A DNA stretch of 64,000 bases, taken from positions 111,416 through 175,415 of the IMG/VR virus record IMGVR_UViG_2832410175_000003; one strand, written 5' to 3'. The notes under the pieces were generated by a model, which had not been told where the DNA came from, did no database searches, and saw only the letters and a program-made list of their open reading frames with translations. Origin of the DNA: a virus. Taxonomy: Duplodnaviria > Caudoviricetes. The translations under genes were made by a program, and so were the position numbers. Of the stretch, positions 39,179 to 48,678 are shown piece by piece; the first letter of the stretch is position 1, and each line of letters begins with the position of its first letter.

Positions 39179-40291
39179 ATGAAAAAACAATGGATTGCTT
39201 TACTGACAGGATGTGTGCTGGTATGCAGTATGCTGGCCGGATGCGGCTCAAAACCTCAGACATCAGCTCCGGCAGCTGCGGGCAGCGATAAAGGCTGTAC
39301 GGATGAGGCCATTCTGTCTCAGCTGAAAAATGACGGGACACCTGAGTTCGTACTGGATGGCACTTACTACACACTTCCTTTGGAAACTTCCCAGCTGATA
39401 CAAGTCGGCTGGAGTTTGGAAACGGAAGAATATGATGCAGCAGAGGTTTCTCTGCAACCCGGCGAGCGTATTTATGGGGAACTTTCCAAAGACGATCAGG
39501 AAATAGATGTTGCAATCGTAAATGCCGGGACAGAGCCATGCAAGCCTGCTGAGGGCGGAACGGTGGTAGAACTGGAATACTCTGCCGATAAGGATCAACC
39601 AAATCCTGATTTCTTTGTAACGCTCAATGGGATCAACTGTGCGATGTCCAACGCAGCTTTACAAAAGGCGCTGGAAGGTGTAGACGGATATAAACTGAAT
39701 TCCGCAGGAAATATCGACATCAATCGTACTGTTGATGATGATGAAATTGCTGTTTATAAAGTCATTCTGGATGATGACTACACAGCAATCACGCTTGCTT
39801 CGGACAATGTTTTTGAATACAAGGATTATCAGCCGCAAGAGGTAAAAGAACAGGCATCTAATGAAAAGATTGCCGCTTACAAGGATACTACAAAAGCCGA
39901 GATGGAGCCGTATGCTCAGGATTTCAATGCGATCATCGAGGGATATGAAGAAAATATGGTCGTTGGATTTTACAGTGAAGGTACTATTTGGGGCGAAGAA
40001 GTCGGTGAATATAAATCTATTGCCGGAACGCCGCTCGCTTCGGATGTGTCTCTCTACATCGCAGAGGATACAACCGGCCAGCTCTACTGTATTGCTAACC
40101 AGATTTTGAATGAAGATGGTACTGTAAGCACTGCCATTGAGCTTGAGGAAGGCGATCAGGTCAAGGTTTGGGGTTATGCTTCACAGTATCTGGAATTGCA
40201 GGAAGGTCTGAAAATCGTCGTGGTTCAGCCTGGTATCATTGAACGCAACGGCGAACTGGTGATCCTGGACAAAAATTTGAAAGCAGACTAA
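39179..40291 (+). CDS. Acidic lipoprotein
   Basis: MKKQWIALL...MLAG-C lipobox. Confidence 0.8.
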   Translation: MKKQWIALLTGCVLVCSMLAGCGSKPQTSAPAAAGSDKGCTDEAILSQLKNDGTPEFVLDGTYYTLPLETSQLIQVGWSLETEEYDAAEVSLQPGERIYGELSKDDQEIDVAIVNAGTEPCKPAEGGTVVELEYSADKDQPNPDFFVTLNGINCAMSNAALQKALEGVDGYKLNSAGNIDINRTVDDDEIAVYKVILDDDYTAITLASDNVFEYKDYQPQEVKEQASNEKIAAYKDTTKAEMEPYAQDFNAIIEGYEENMVVGFYSEGTIWGEEVGEYKSIAGTPLASDVSLYIAEDTTGQLYCIANQILNEDGTVSTAIELEEGDQVKVWGYASQYLELQEGLKIVVVQPGIIERNGELVILDKNLKAD

Positions 40292-40371
40292 TGCTTTTGA
40301 ACGCCGGGTGCATCTATCAAAGGATTGCATCCGGCGTTCTCAACTTAAAACAATAATTAGGAGGAACAATT

Positions 40372-40830
40372 ATGCTTACAATGAATGAAAAAGATAAAAA
40401 TGAAATGCTGGAAGCCATTTTGAAGGAAAACGAAGCCTATCAGTGCAAGTTATGGGCGGTCATCATGGCCGGAGCTGATACCTATGCACTGATTGGAGGA
40501 CTTTCTACACTGACGGGGGGTGCTGCCGCTGCATTAGGCGCACTGAGCAATGCTTACTGCTATCTGGGAGTTACCGAGAAACACCTGAATATGGTCATTG
40601 TAAATTCCGTCAATGTCTCAAAAATTGAAAACCGGCTTTCTCTGCCCTTAAGCAGCATAACAAAGGCAGAAGTCAAGGGTGGGCTGCTGCCCGGAAGAAA
40701 AGTCGTAATGCTGCATTTTGGAAAAGAAAAAATGAAAATTTCTTTGATGAACAATGCGATTGGCTCTGATATTCAGGGGCAGAAAGAAAATGTTGAGATG
40801 TTCTGCCAGATTGTTTCCAAACTCGGATAA
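40372..40830 (+). CDS. Hypothetical protein (PH-like fold possible)
   Basis: SD AGGAGG; YLGVTEKHL beta-rich pattern. Confidence 0.75.
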   Translation: MLTMNEKDKNEMLEAILKENEAYQCKLWAVIMAGADTYALIGGLSTLTGGAAAALGALSNAYCYLGVTEKHLNMVIVNSVNVSKIENRLSLPLSSITKAEVKGGLLPGRKVVMLHFGKEKMKISLMNNAIGSDIQGQKENVEMFCQIVSKLG

Positions 40831-40860
40831 CCAGTATTATAAAGTGAGAGGAATCAGAGT

Positions 40861-41448
40861 ATGAAAAAAATCTTAATTGTGTTATTAACTATGGTGTTGC
40901 TCCTTGCTGGATGCGGCAAAAATGGGGCTTCATCGCCACAATCTCCCTCTGATGAATCTGTGGCGGATCGGCAGAAACCCTCTTCTTCCGAAACCGAAAT
41001 ATCATCTGAAGATCATGCGATTCCCGGAAGTTATACCGTCCCGGAGGGATGGGAGAAATCTGAGAAGCATTCTACTGATTCGCAGATTTTCTACATAGAG
41101 GAAGGTCACGAAAATGATGAAAAGCCGGACAACATATCCATCCATGTAGGAAAGAACAAATATAGTCTGGAGGAGCATGAGCAGTTCCGGGATGCGATCG
41201 TCCAACAGATTTTGATGCAGCTGGATGGTATTGAAGCACAACTGAACGGGGATGGAACCTATACCGAGCAGGGAGATCTACTGTATATCTTTACTATCGA
41301 CGAGGGCGATATTGTCACCACGCAATACTATATTGTAAGGGATTACGGGTTCTGCCTGATCCAGCTTACAAATTTCAGCGGATCAGAAACCACTGAACAG
41401 GCCGCCAGGGACATGGTAGATAGCTTTGTTTGGGATACAGAAGGATAA
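40861..41448 (+). CDS. Lipoprotein
   Basis: MKKILIV...LLAG-C lipobox. Confidence 0.82.
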   Translation: MKKILIVLLTMVLLLAGCGKNGASSPQSPSDESVADRQKPSSSETEISSEDHAIPGSYTVPEGWEKSEKHSTDSQIFYIEEGHENDEKPDNISIHVGKNKYSLEEHEQFRDAIVQQILMQLDGIEAQLNGDGTYTEQGDLLYIFTIDEGDIVTTQYYIVRDYGFCLIQLTNFSGSETTEQAARDMVDSFVWDTEG

Positions 41449-41488
41449 ATTGACACAGGAACCGTGATTTTATAGGAAAACGACGAAG

Positions 41489-42694
41489 ATGGAGAAACGA
41501 AAACTTTCAGGAAAAACAATTTTGAAGCTGGCAGGGGCACTTTTGGCTCTGGCTTATTTGGGATTCTATTTTTATGTAGGTATTACAGGAAAACTTCCTT
41601 ATATGCACGAAACTGTACATATCATGCGATACGGAGATCGTAAAAAATGGGTGGCAGGTGGTATGACAGCAGCCATGATTCTTGGTATATGTATCAACTC
41701 TGCGCTTAATGACTTAAATCTCAAGAGGATACGCAAGGAGTCATTTCTACCCTTGTTTTTCACTATGATTTTTCCGATTATCCTCCTTCTGCTTCTGGAA
41801 GCTTTTCTGGATAATGGCTGGCTTGGGATTGGCATTTATGCCAGTGTTGCAATCTTCATGTGTGCGACTGCATGGATTCCACTGATCCTAAGAAAATGGA
41901 TCACCCATCTACTTTTGCGTGACAAACCTATGAGTGGCAAACAGCAAGTGCGGATCATTGAGTGGATTCATTTTCATCCACTGAAAAAGTTGCTGGTTTT
42001 CGGGCTGTGGGGCTTTGGCGTTGTACTGGTTCTGCGTGGCATCTGGGTAACGGCAACCGGGAAAATCGAAATGGATGGAGAGCTTTTTCTGTTTTTACTT
42101 GGCACAGCAGTTCTGGCTGTAGCGCTGTTTCAGAAAATGAGACGCTATATCTGCACGCCTTACCGGAACATACCGGTACTGAATCAGATTCTCAGCAAAA
42201 ATCAGCTGGAACAGCTGCTGGATGGAGAACATTTTGAACCAATAGAGTTTGAAGATGAGGGCATGAAAAAGTATCTGGAAATATACCAAAGCCAGAACTG
42301 GATGCTGATTGGCGGTAAGCTACTCTCAAAAAAGCTGGCTTTATGGTTCACAATGAATCGGTTCAGGAACCATACTTCCCTGAAGGTACTTTACCTGAAC
42401 GGCATGACTGCCAAAGCAAAGGTCGATCTGGATATTCGAGGGGACCGGTACACGGAGTTTACTGCTGTGCTGAAAGAATTGATTGGATACGAAGGCACAC
42501 TTAAGCTGTATGAAAAAGAAGAACAGCTGGCACAGAAATTTGCATCCTTTTTCCCAGAGCAAACTTCCGAACAGGACCGTGTCGCTGCTTTTCTTTCTCA
42601 GGATGTGACAGCGATCCGGCAGGACTATATTCAGACCTTCTCTCCACCGCCAGATCCCCGAAAGAAAAAACGGAGTAGACGGGAACGGGAATAA
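41489..42694 (+). CDS. Membrane protein
   Basis: About six hydrophobic segments plus a soluble C-terminus. Confidence 0.78.
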   Translation: MEKRKLSGKTILKLAGALLALAYLGFYFYVGITGKLPYMHETVHIMRYGDRKKWVAGGMTAAMILGICINSALNDLNLKRIRKESFLPLFFTMIFPIILLLLLEAFLDNGWLGIGIYASVAIFMCATAWIPLILRKWITHLLLRDKPMSGKQQVRIIEWIHFHPLKKLLVFGLWGFGVVLVLRGIWVTATGKIEMDGELFLFLLGTAVLAVALFQKMRRYICTPYRNIPVLNQILSKNQLEQLLDGEHFEPIEFEDEGMKKYLEIYQSQNWMLIGGKLLSKKLALWFTMNRFRNHTSLKVLYLNGMTAKAKVDLDIRGDRYTEFTAVLKELIGYEGTLKLYEKEEQLAQKFASFFPEQTSEQDRVAAFLSQDVTAIRQDYIQTFSPPPDPRKKKRSRRERE

Positions 42695-42762
42695 AAGGTT
42701 TTCTTCAATTTCAATGGAGAAAGGCTTACGAAAATAAAGAGGATATAACTTGGAGGTTACCT

Positions 42763-43308
42763 ATGAACTATGATATGAATATGATTAAATACCGCAAAAG
42801 TGGGTTTTTCAGAATTGCAGCAGCTATTCTGATGATCTGTTTTACACTATTTGGGCTTACCGCTTGCGCCGGTACTACTGACAGCAAAGATAATAACGAT
42901 GATAATGCACTGATACAAGGGACATGGGAAATAGATACCGGCTCTGGTGCTGGTTATAAATTCGTTGACGATAAGTTTATGTGGTTAAAATCCATCGAGA
43001 ATGTTAACGATAACTACTGGTACGGAGATGTTGAGTATTATAAAGGTGCTGAAGCAATGGAAATAGCAGGACTAACAGAGGAGGAACTTCAAAGCAGCCT
43101 GCCAGGTCTTAAACCTGAAAACATTTTTGTAACAAAATTAGATCCCGAAAAAATCATTACCGATGGTGAGGATAAAACTGCTACCAATATGAACGACCAA
43201 ACCTTATGGACTCGCTTATGGCTTATTGAAGAAAATGAGGACAGTGTTGCTGCGGTAGTGTTTGATTTAGAAACTTTTAGTATGGAGAGCTACACTAAAG
43301 TTAAGTAA
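42763..43308 (+). CDS. Lipoprotein
   Basis: LFGLTA-C lipobox; SD GGAGG. Confidence 0.78.
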   Translation: MNYDMNMIKYRKSGFFRIAAAILMICFTLFGLTACAGTTDSKDNNDDNALIQGTWEIDTGSGAGYKFVDDKFMWLKSIENVNDNYWYGDVEYYKGAEAMEIAGLTEEELQSSLPGLKPENIFVTKLDPEKIITDGEDKTATNMNDQTLWTRLWLIEENEDSVAAVVFDLETFSMESYTKVK

Positions 43309-43398
43309 AACCAGAAATTTGAAGTTGTGTAATTGAAATGTCACAGATGTATTGGGAGAAAGAGTTATGGTTATAAAGAACTGGGAAGGAGAAATATT

Positions 43399-43719
43399 AT
43401 GGCTGTTGATAACGCAAGTCAGATTGATGCAATCGCAAACGATAAAGAAAATGCTTGTTTGGTACTCCTTATTACCGACCATTTGAATTGGGACAATGAG
43501 TTTGAACACTTGAAGATTTTACAAGATAAAATCAATGCGTATGTGGCTTTTATCGAAAGCGAACAGTACGATGAAATATACCCCAATGCTGATTTTAAGA
43601 TGGCTATGATAGAAATCCATTTCAAGTATGATATAACAGATAACTGCCAGAAATTTTTGCAAGTAGTTCAAGATCAATTAGGACGGATAGGGATAAAAAT
43701 CAAGGCACAGATTAGCTAA
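43399..43719 (+). CDS. DUF6572-like small protein
   Basis: IDAIA...LITDHLNW..EHL..LQDKINAY..FIES. Confidence 0.7.
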   Translation: MAVDNASQIDAIANDKENACLVLLITDHLNWDNEFEHLKILQDKINAYVAFIESEQYDEIYPNADFKMAMIEIHFKYDITDNCQKFLQVVQDQLGRIGIKIKAQIS

Positions 43720-43960
43720 CAGTTTCCAGTTTGTAGAACTTAGTAAAACAAAATTCAGTTTGCATAGCAGGCAGCCCAACCACAATTAAATCTTCACAGC
43801 TTTACTAAGCAGGAGATCCGAAAAGGTCTCCTGCTTTTTTGCACCCTAAATTAAATGTATCACAGCTAAAACTATCGAAAACAAAATAGGCAGATACCAT
43901 AAAAGAAGTTTTTCTTTGGATAGTGCTTGTCTTTTTTGAATTCATCACTTGACATTGTGG

Positions 43961-44240
43961 CAAAGAGCTGATGACTCAGGACGAGATCGCGGTGATGGAC
44001 GGAGGCAAGTGTATCTTGCAGCTTCGAGGGGTGCGGCCGTTTTTCAGCGACAAGTTTGATATAACCCGCCATCCCCGCTACAAGTACCTTGCTGATGCCG
44101 ACAAGAAAAATACCTTTGACATTGAACGGTACATGAAACGCAGACCGGCCATTGTGAAGCCGGACGAGCCTTTCGATCTGTACGAATTGAAAGCCACCGA
44201 CCTTCAACCCAACAATTCAACTGAACGAAAGGAAATGTGA
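43961..44240 (+). pseudogene. virD4: VirD4/TraG C-terminal fragment
   Basis: (G)KELMTQDEIAVMDGGKCILQLRGVRPFFSDKFDIT. Confidence 0.85.
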
Positions 44241-44242
44241 AT

Positions 44243-44401
44243 ATGAGCTTTTTTACTAACGCTATCGACGTTTTGCAGACTCTGGTCATCGCCCTGGGCG
44301 GCGGCCTGTGCGTGTGGGGCGGCATCAACCTTCTGGAAGGTTACGGCCAGGACAACCCTGCCTCCAAAAGCCAGGGCATCAAGCAGTTCATGGCTAATTA
44401 A
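44243..44401 (+). pseudogene. maff2: Maff2 (pilin-like) protein, 5' part (interrupted)
   Basis: MSFFTNAIDVLQTLVIALGGGLCVWGGINLLEGYGQDNPASKSQG, then a premature stop. Confidence 0.85.
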
Positions 44402-44555
44402 AGGGAACAAAAAGAAAGGAAAAGCCAATCCAGACGGTATCAGCGGCAGGCTACAAGAATAAATTGTGATTTCACAAGATTGGTGCTATAATAAGAGAAA
44501 AGTTCCTGCCGGGGCAGCCGCTCCGGTGGTATGGATAGAAAGGCAGGAAAACAAT

Positions 44556-44828
44556 ATGCACATCAGCTATAAACCACTCTGGCACACACTGTTAGAGCGT
44601 GATATGAGAAAAGAGGATTTAAGGCTTGCCGCTGGTATGACAACAAATATGATTGCCAACATGAGCAAAGAGGGAAAGCACATCAGCATGGATACATTAG
44701 CCCGTATCTGCGAAACGCTGAATTGTGAGATTACCGATGTGATTGAGTTAGTACCAGACGAGCCTGCTTCCACAGGAGGTAAGGAACATGAGCGAATTGA
44801 AACCAAGAATAAAAGAAAACGGAATTGA
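44556..44828 (+). CDS. Cro/C1-type HTH protein
   Basis: ISYKPLW...ISMDTLARICETLNCEITDV. Confidence 0.85.
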   Translation: MHISYKPLWHTLLERDMRKEDLRLAAGMTTNMIANMSKEGKHISMDTLARICETLNCEITDVIELVPDEPASTGGKEHERIETKNKRKRN

Positions 44829-45165
44829 TTATATCCTTGTTGGAGATTACTACATCCCGGACTTGAAGTTGCCGGAGGAACACCGCCCCATCGGAAAGTA
44901 CGGACGGATGCACCGGGAATATTTAAGAGAAGTCTGCCCAGCCAGATTACACACATTGACCCTGACCGGGGAATTGTGGACATATCTTGCAGACCTGAAC
45001 GAACAGGCACAGAAACGGTTAGACACCATCATGGAGCAGATGAAAGCTGCCGAGGGCGTGACCGAGGAATTGAAGCGTACCCGTCAAATGGAATGGGTGC
45101 AGCGTTGCAATAACATTCACAACCGGGCAGAAGAAATTGTTTTACATGAGATGATTTATTCATAA
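44788..45165 (+). CDS. tnpV: TnpV family protein
   Basis: [12 protein letters not shown]...IGKYGRMHREYL. Confidence 0.88.
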   Translation: MSELKPRIKENGIDYILVGDYYIPDLKLPEEHRPIGKYGRMHREYLREVCPARLHTLTLTGELWTYLADLNEQAQKRLDTIMEQMKAAEGVTEELKRTRQMEWVQRCNNIHNRAEEIVLHEMIYS

Positions 45166-45216
45166 CGGTATGGTAGAATGATTATTACAAATTAGAAGTT
45201 GTAAAGGAGACTTTGT

Positions 45217-45708
45217 ATGGGTAGAAAAGAAATAACAACAAAAGAAGATTTAATGAAAGTAATAGAATTATTCGAAAATACTGGAATTACATACTGGTTG
45301 GATGGCGGATGGGGTGTAGATATTTTAGCTGGTAAACAAACAAGAATTCATAGAGATATAGATATAAATTTTGATGCTCAACATACGGAAAAATTGTTAA
45401 ATGTGCTTTTGAATCTGGGCTATAAAATTGATACAGACTGGAAACCGGTTAGAATAGAGTTATATAGTGATGAACTTGGTTACTTAGACATTCACCCGTT
45501 CGTTTTAAGTGAGGACGGAACTTCAAAACAAGCTGATTTAGAGGGTGGCTGGTATGAGTTTGAAAAAGATTACTTTGGTAGTGCTTTTTTTGAAGGAAAA
45601 ACAATTCCTTGTATATCCTTAAAAGGCCAAAGAGTTTTCCATTCAGGTTATGAATTAAGAGATAAAGATAAGCATGATATTTCAATTCTTGAAAGTTTAT
45701 CAAAATAA
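45217..45708 (+). CDS. lnu: Lincosamide nucleotidyltransferase, Lnu(A)-like
   Basis: YWLDGGWGVD..GKQTR.HRDIDI.FDAQHT, GYLDIHP and IPCIS...FHSGY. Confidence 0.85.
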   Translation: MGRKEITTKEDLMKVIELFENTGITYWLDGGWGVDILAGKQTRIHRDIDINFDAQHTEKLLNVLLNLGYKIDTDWKPVRIELYSDELGYLDIHPFVLSEDGTSKQADLEGGWYEFEKDYFGSAFFEGKTIPCISLKGQRVFHSGYELRDKDKHDISILESLSK

Positions 45709-45826
45709 CATTGCTGTAATTTCTAAGATAAATTCCACTTTATCGCTTTGAAATTTTAACTGAATAAGTATAGCACCAACCGCTGCTACATGGAAGCAAA
45801 CACAACCATGCAACAGCGGTTTTTCT

Positions 45827-46633
45827 TTACCGTTTTTTCCTTTGACTGATAGGAGTTCCTGTTTTCTTTGATTTTTGTAGAATCCGAATGAGCCAGCGAA
45901 ATTCTTCGTCTGACAGATTTTTATAGTTGATGCCGAGCTGCTTGCAGTAAAGGACAACCAGCTTTTCATCCCGACTGCCCTTGAAATTTTCAACCGCTTC
46001 CAAATTTTCTTTCAATTCATCGGCAACGGTGGTCTGGGGCGCACTCTCGCTGTCCTTTTTGTGGGCTTCCCGAATATCCCGGATAATGAGATTGAGGTCA
46101 TCAAGAACCATGTGGCTGAAATATTCATCATCGCTGATATGGGCGGCTTGCAGCACTTTCAAATGCGGGTCGTCTTCGCCGGGGCGATACCGTTCAATGA
46201 TTTCATGCCGGACAGTATCGACAAGGGCGTTGAGGTTTTGAATCTGCATGGTGGCAATCCCATCTACATAAATCTCAATGTCCGCAAGAAACTTGATAAA
46301 GTCCTTATGAGTGGCAAGCTCACAGAGCAGACGGTTGTTAATCCGACCGCCTTTCAGAAGTGCCACCATCTCATCATTCAAATGCAGCTCTGTTAGTGGC
46401 GTGTTGATCTGCTCCCGGTTCTCTGTCCGGCACAGCAGATAATCAACGGAAACCCCATAGAAGTCTGCCAGCGTGATAAGGTTGCCATGATTGATTTCCT
46501 TATAATCCTCTTTTTCATAACTGCCAAGAGCTGATTTGGAAATGCCCGTCAGCTCTGATAATTCTTCCAGATTTAAGCCTTTGTCCTTGCGGAGTTCCCA
46601 AAGGCGTTCCTGTATGCTTGTCGCTCCTTTCAT
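45827..46633 (-). CDS. XRE-family HTH regulator
   Basis: LEELSELTGISKSALGSYE...YGVSVDYL. Confidence 0.88.
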   Translation of the reverse strand: MKGATSIQERLWELRKDKGLNLEELSELTGISKSALGSYEKEDYKEINHGNLITLADFYGVSVDYLLCRTENREQINTPLTELHLNDEMVALLKGGRINNRLLCELATHKDFIKFLADIEIYVDGIATMQIQNLNALVDTVRHEIIERYRPGEDDPHLKVLQAAHISDDEYFSHMVLDDLNLIIRDIREAHKKDSESAPQTTVADELKENLEAVENFKGSRDEKLVVLYCKQLGINYKNLSDEEFRWLIRILQKSKKTGTPISQRKKR

Positions 46634-47116
46634 GGGCGCACGCTCCTTTCCGGCGGTTTCATTACTGCCGCTTAACTGGATTATATCATACTTTCCGCAA
46701 TCGTGGAAATTTCTGATTTTTACCCTTAATTCCTACTTTGTGGACATACGGCACAGGGCACAAAAATGTTCTATGATACAGGTAGTTCATCGATGGATTA
46801 TTCCAATCGAATGACCAGCCTGTGTGGGATATGCTTCCCCGGCGATGTAGCGCCATGACTTTTGGCAGGGATATGGAGGAACCCTGACCGAAACGAGCGT
46901 ACCAAAGGGAGCAATACGCCGCTGTGAGATTCAGGGGAGGAACGACACCGGGGAGAACTGGCGAACTGATACCGAAATGATACCGAAACACGACAATCTG
47001 ATAGGGGGATAGTCTACCCTATTGCTGATACTTCTGGAGATTTTAGACGGCTCTATGACCGTAATTTTGCCGAAAATCGCCCCGAAACTATACACTAAAA
47101 CGGGAGGAAACGCAAT

Positions 47117-47305
47117 ATGCCGAGAATGAGCAAAAAGAGGAAGCATGAGCTTTCTTTTTACCTCAATGACCGGGGGCGTGTCACTTACAACGAATTATGC
47201 CGGAAATGCAAGCATGGGTGCAAGCAGAGCTTCCGGGCGGTTGTGGTTGACTGCCCCCGTTATTTATCCAAAAGAGCAAAGAAAAAGGAGGAACACACCG
47301 AATGA
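47117..47305 (+). CDS. Small basic Cys-rich protein
   Basis: CRKCKHGCKQS...CPRY; SD GGGAGG. Confidence 0.7.
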   Translation: MPRMSKKRKHELSFYLNDRGRVTYNELCRKCKHGCKQSFRAVVVDCPRYLSKRAKKKEEHTE

Positions 47306-47643
47306 ATTTTGAATTTATGACGATAGGCACACCGTTGCCGCCCTGTATGCCCTTTCCCAGAGCGTTGACAGGATTTCCAGTCAGCAGCACCGCAAAGGTC
47401 ATGTACTGCCGGATGTTGGACGCTATGCTATCCAACGGACAGGAGGACGAGAACGGAATCCTGTTTATCTGCTTCCCTGTCACAGCCATTGCCGCAGTCC
47501 TGTCCCGCAGCCCCATGACGGTCAAGCGTTCTCTGAATGAACTGGAAACCGCCGGACTGATCATGCGAGTGCGTCAGGGCGTTGGAGAACCAAACAGGAT
47601 TTATGTGCTGATACCGGGAAAGGAGGACGCTGCCCTTGCCTGA
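47302..47643 (+). CDS. RepA-N-like winged-helix protein
   Basis: AKVMY...TVKRSLNELETAGLI.R...PNRIYV. Confidence 0.7.
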   Translation: MNFEFMTIGTPLPPCMPFPRALTGFPVSSTAKVMYCRMLDAMLSNGQEDENGILFICFPVTAIAAVLSRSPMTVKRSLNELETAGLIMRVRQGVGEPNRIYVLIPGKEDAALA

Positions 47644-47932
47644 TACCTCAAAGCTGGAAAAGCTCAACCGAGAGTTGGAAAAGAGTGAAAAGAAACTGCG
47701 GAAAGCCATCAATGATGAAAAGGCATTGCAGCACCAGCTAAAGCAGCTTACCCGAAAAGAACGGACACACCGGCTCTGTACTCGTGGCGGTATGCTGGAA
47801 AGTTTTCTGCAAGAGCCGGAACGCCTGACAGATGATGATGTCATGCTGTTGTTGACACTCATTTTTCACAGGCAGGACACGCAGGAACTATTGAAGAAAC
47901 TGCTGGAACGTGAGAAGCCGGAAACCCCTTAG
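47636..47932 (+). CDS. DUF3847-like mobilization accessory protein
   Basis: RKERTHRLCTRGGMLES, next to oriT. Confidence 0.75.
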   Translation: MPDTSKLEKLNRELEKSEKKLRKAINDEKALQHQLKQLTRKERTHRLCTRGGMLESFLQEPERLTDDDVMLLLTLIFHRQDTQELLKKLLEREKPETP

Positions 47933-47937
47933 TTTAC

Positions 47938-47978
47938 TAAGGGCGCAATTATACACCACCCAAAGGTTGGTGCATTGC
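47938..47978 (-). other. MOBQ-type oriT (nic core)
   Basis: Minus strand TAATTGCGCCCT resembles the RSF1010-family core TAAGTGCGCCCT, with an adjacent inverted repeat. Confidence 0.7.
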
Positions 47979-48284
47979 GTTCTCCGAAGGCTCCTTGCCG
48001 GAGGGCTGTGATTTTTCGCAGTCATGGTCTGCTCCAAATCATACAGGGGACGCTACGCTTCCCCTGCGCTGGCTACCGCCAGCTACCCTTTTGTGGACTT
48101 GTCATCTGGGGACACCTTGCGTTGCAAGCTGTTCCCAGCCGACAAGTTTCATAAAATATGCTATCTTTTCGATAGGCAATAAAGTATAATAAAGTCAGCA
48201 ATAAATCGGAATTTTACGGTCAGTAAGGAATGCGTAAAGTTATATGATTGTATTATAAGCGATTTGTTAAATTTTTATAACCAC

Positions 48285-48533
48285 TTGTATTTGCCTGCGA
48301 TTTATGGTATAATATTTTGAAATTTAGAAAGAGGTGGGAAGATGATTAACTTTTCTTGCAAATAAAATCAAAATATGCGGTAGTGCTATACTTTGGCATT
48401 ATTGTGTCTATTGCAAGAAAGTTATATGTCTATCTTACTCAATATAGTGCTGTTGCCACTTTTGCTTAGTGGTGTTATTTTATGCTATGACGAGCTGCAA
48501 GGATAAACTTTCTTGTGGCTCTTATTTTGTTTT
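48285..48533 (+). promoter_or_regulatory. lsa promoter and ribosome-dependent attenuator
   Basis: TTGTAT-17-TATAAT; uORF MINFSCK at 48342-48365; alternative pairings; terminator at 48492-48533. Confidence 0.75.
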
Positions 48534-48678
48534 GGAGGTGCTTTATGAATAGTGCAGAACAGATAGTTACACATGATTCACTCCGTATAGTGTCGGTTCC
48601 TTTTGGTGAAATCTATACGTAGTAAACATTCACCGAACCGACTTTGTATCGTATGACATGCAAAGGAGGATAATATTT

